Positions 34,957-36,572 of a DNA stretch of 36,572 nt are shown in pieces. This stretch comes from Octopus sinensis. Taxonomy: Eukaryota. Location: positions 1 through 36,572 of the forward strand of contig NW_021826212.1 in assembly GCF_006345805.1 (NCBI RefSeq). The letters run 5' to 3'. A program made the position numbers and the translations under genes. The notes under the pieces are model-generated. The model had not been told where the DNA came from. It did not search any database and saw only the letters and a program-made list of their open reading frames with translations. How positions within the stretch are numbered: position 1 is the first letter of the stretch; each line of letters begins with the position of its first letter.

Positions 34957-35279
34957 TATAACAAGTAATAAAGAAAATGTATAAAAATAAAATCTATAAA
35001 AACAAAAACTGAAATATATGGAAATATGAAATCTATTAGAAATGCAGAGACCATATCCCTATTGAACTGTTCTCCAATGGTCTTGTATTTAGTTTGACAC
35101 TGACAAAATATTTACGACTTTTAATATTGTTATGAAGGGCAGAGAGGGCGGTGGATTGCGGGAGTGCATTGGGTGGGGTGCCTCGCAGTGTTTAGTTACA
35201 GTTGTTTACGTTCTATGCTGGGATCCCGCTGATAAAATGCACTGAGTCCTTGTTATAAAGGGATTCGTGGCCGGAGAAG

Positions 35280-35370
35280 CTTTCTTTTATCTTTCACTTG
35301 TTTTAGCCATTCGACTGCGGCCCAGCTGGGAGAACTGCCTTGAAGGGATTTGGTTGAACAAATAGAACCC
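35280..35370 (-). mobile_element. SINE 3' tail fragment (family A)
   Basis: CTTTTATCTTTCACTTGTTTTAGCCATTCGACTGCGGCC...GCCTTGAAGGG is the reverse complement of the family A tail. Confidence 0.8.
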
Positions 35371-36120
35371 TTTACCAATACTAATTTTTGTAAAAGTTTG
35401 GTAGTTACTTTTGTTTTACTAAGAGCAAAATGCAAACCAAAATATTTCACATGAAAGAAACCACGAAATATAAAAGGACTTAATCAATGAATAATTTTAA
35501 AGCCGGCGTTGACGACGTTCACAGCCTTAATAGTAACTCTTTGTTCTCTCGAGATGTACTGCAAATCGTGCGAAGAGCACGTCTTTATTTCTATCACTTC
35601 AACCTGATGGTGAGACCGAGAATGTCTGGAAACATTAATCGACAACTGGATTTAGAAATATTGTCGTTCCAAAATAAACATGAAGGATTCACTAGAAAAT
35701 ATGAAAAATTCTTTAATGAAAAGGAGGAAATGCGTATTCATTTGTGCCTCCACTATAACACACACGCGCACACAGACACAGACACACGCACACATACATA
35801 CACACACACGCACAAACACACACACACACACAACTACGCACGCGCACACAAACACACGCACACACACACAACTATGCACGCGCACACACGCACGTACACA
35901 CACACATACACACACACACACACATAAATATGCACGCATATAAGTATTTGCGGTGGGTATCACATATACATATCAGTATACGTTTCTCTGTAAAAAATAT
36001 ATGGCATTTAAGTGTGTGTATATATATATACACACAATCATACATATATATATGTAAGCATGTATATGCATCTATAATATATGTATATATATTTGTTTGT
36101 GACTGGGTATGCATTATATA

Positions 36121-36172
<52 letters not shown>

Positions 36173-36334
36173 TATGTGTGTGTGTGTGTGGTGTGTGTAT
36201 ATATTACATATATATATGTATATATATAGATATATATATCATTTATATTATCTATAAACCTATCTATCTATCTATCTATCTATCTATTCTATCTATCTAA
36301 TCTATCTATAATATATATATATATCTATATTATA

Positions 36335-36369
<35 letters not shown>

Positions 36370-36374
36370 ATATC

Positions 36375-36406
<32 letters not shown>

Positions 36407-36572
36407 CACGTGCATACATGCATGACTACTACATACTCTATTTAGACACACGCCAACCCCCCCCCCACCACATACACATATATCTATATTATTTTGTTTA
36501 CAACTATAATACCTCTCTCACTCTCTCATAAATTATTGTCCATTGACATGATTAGTTGTTATTTGTCTTTCA

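Noticed and set aside
35487-35760. Non-repetitive ORF start MNNFKAGVDDVHSL... and possible exon 35554-35609
   Set aside because: The acceptor is atypical (GAG), no homology is recognised, and the ORF runs into (CA)n.

Overview
AT-rich, microsatellite-dense eukaryotic intronic or intergenic DNA. It is most likely from an octopod cephalopod; this is inferred from repeat composition and from tRNA-derived SINE families I recognise from octopus. No intact protein-coding gene is supported, and nearly all ORFs in the track are translated microsatellites. Recognisable content: a decayed hAT (GTF2IRD2/Charlie-like) transposon, three decayed mariner remnants, four decayed RLE-type non-LTR retrotransposon fragments (three R4/Dong-like, one Hero/NeSL-like), about a dozen SINE copies or fragments, several MITE/foldback elements, a 3'-truncated U6 snRNA pseudogene and a few weak exon candidates. 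Strongest observations: (1) a type I hammerhead ribozyme fold on the minus strand at 217-319 in a Penelope-like 3' remnant; (2) two diverged R4/Dong-like copies each flanked on both sides by (CATA)n, suggesting microsatellite-targeted insertion; (3) SINEs sharing one head but carrying different 3' modules, each proven by its own TSD; (4) a U6 fragment fused tail-to-tail to an R4-like fragment; (5) a ~51-bp minisatellite rich in STAT/kappaB-like palindromes; (6) an old ~404-bp duplication with a codon-conservation signature but broken frames. All protein and family assignments come from manual translation and motif recall, not database searches.
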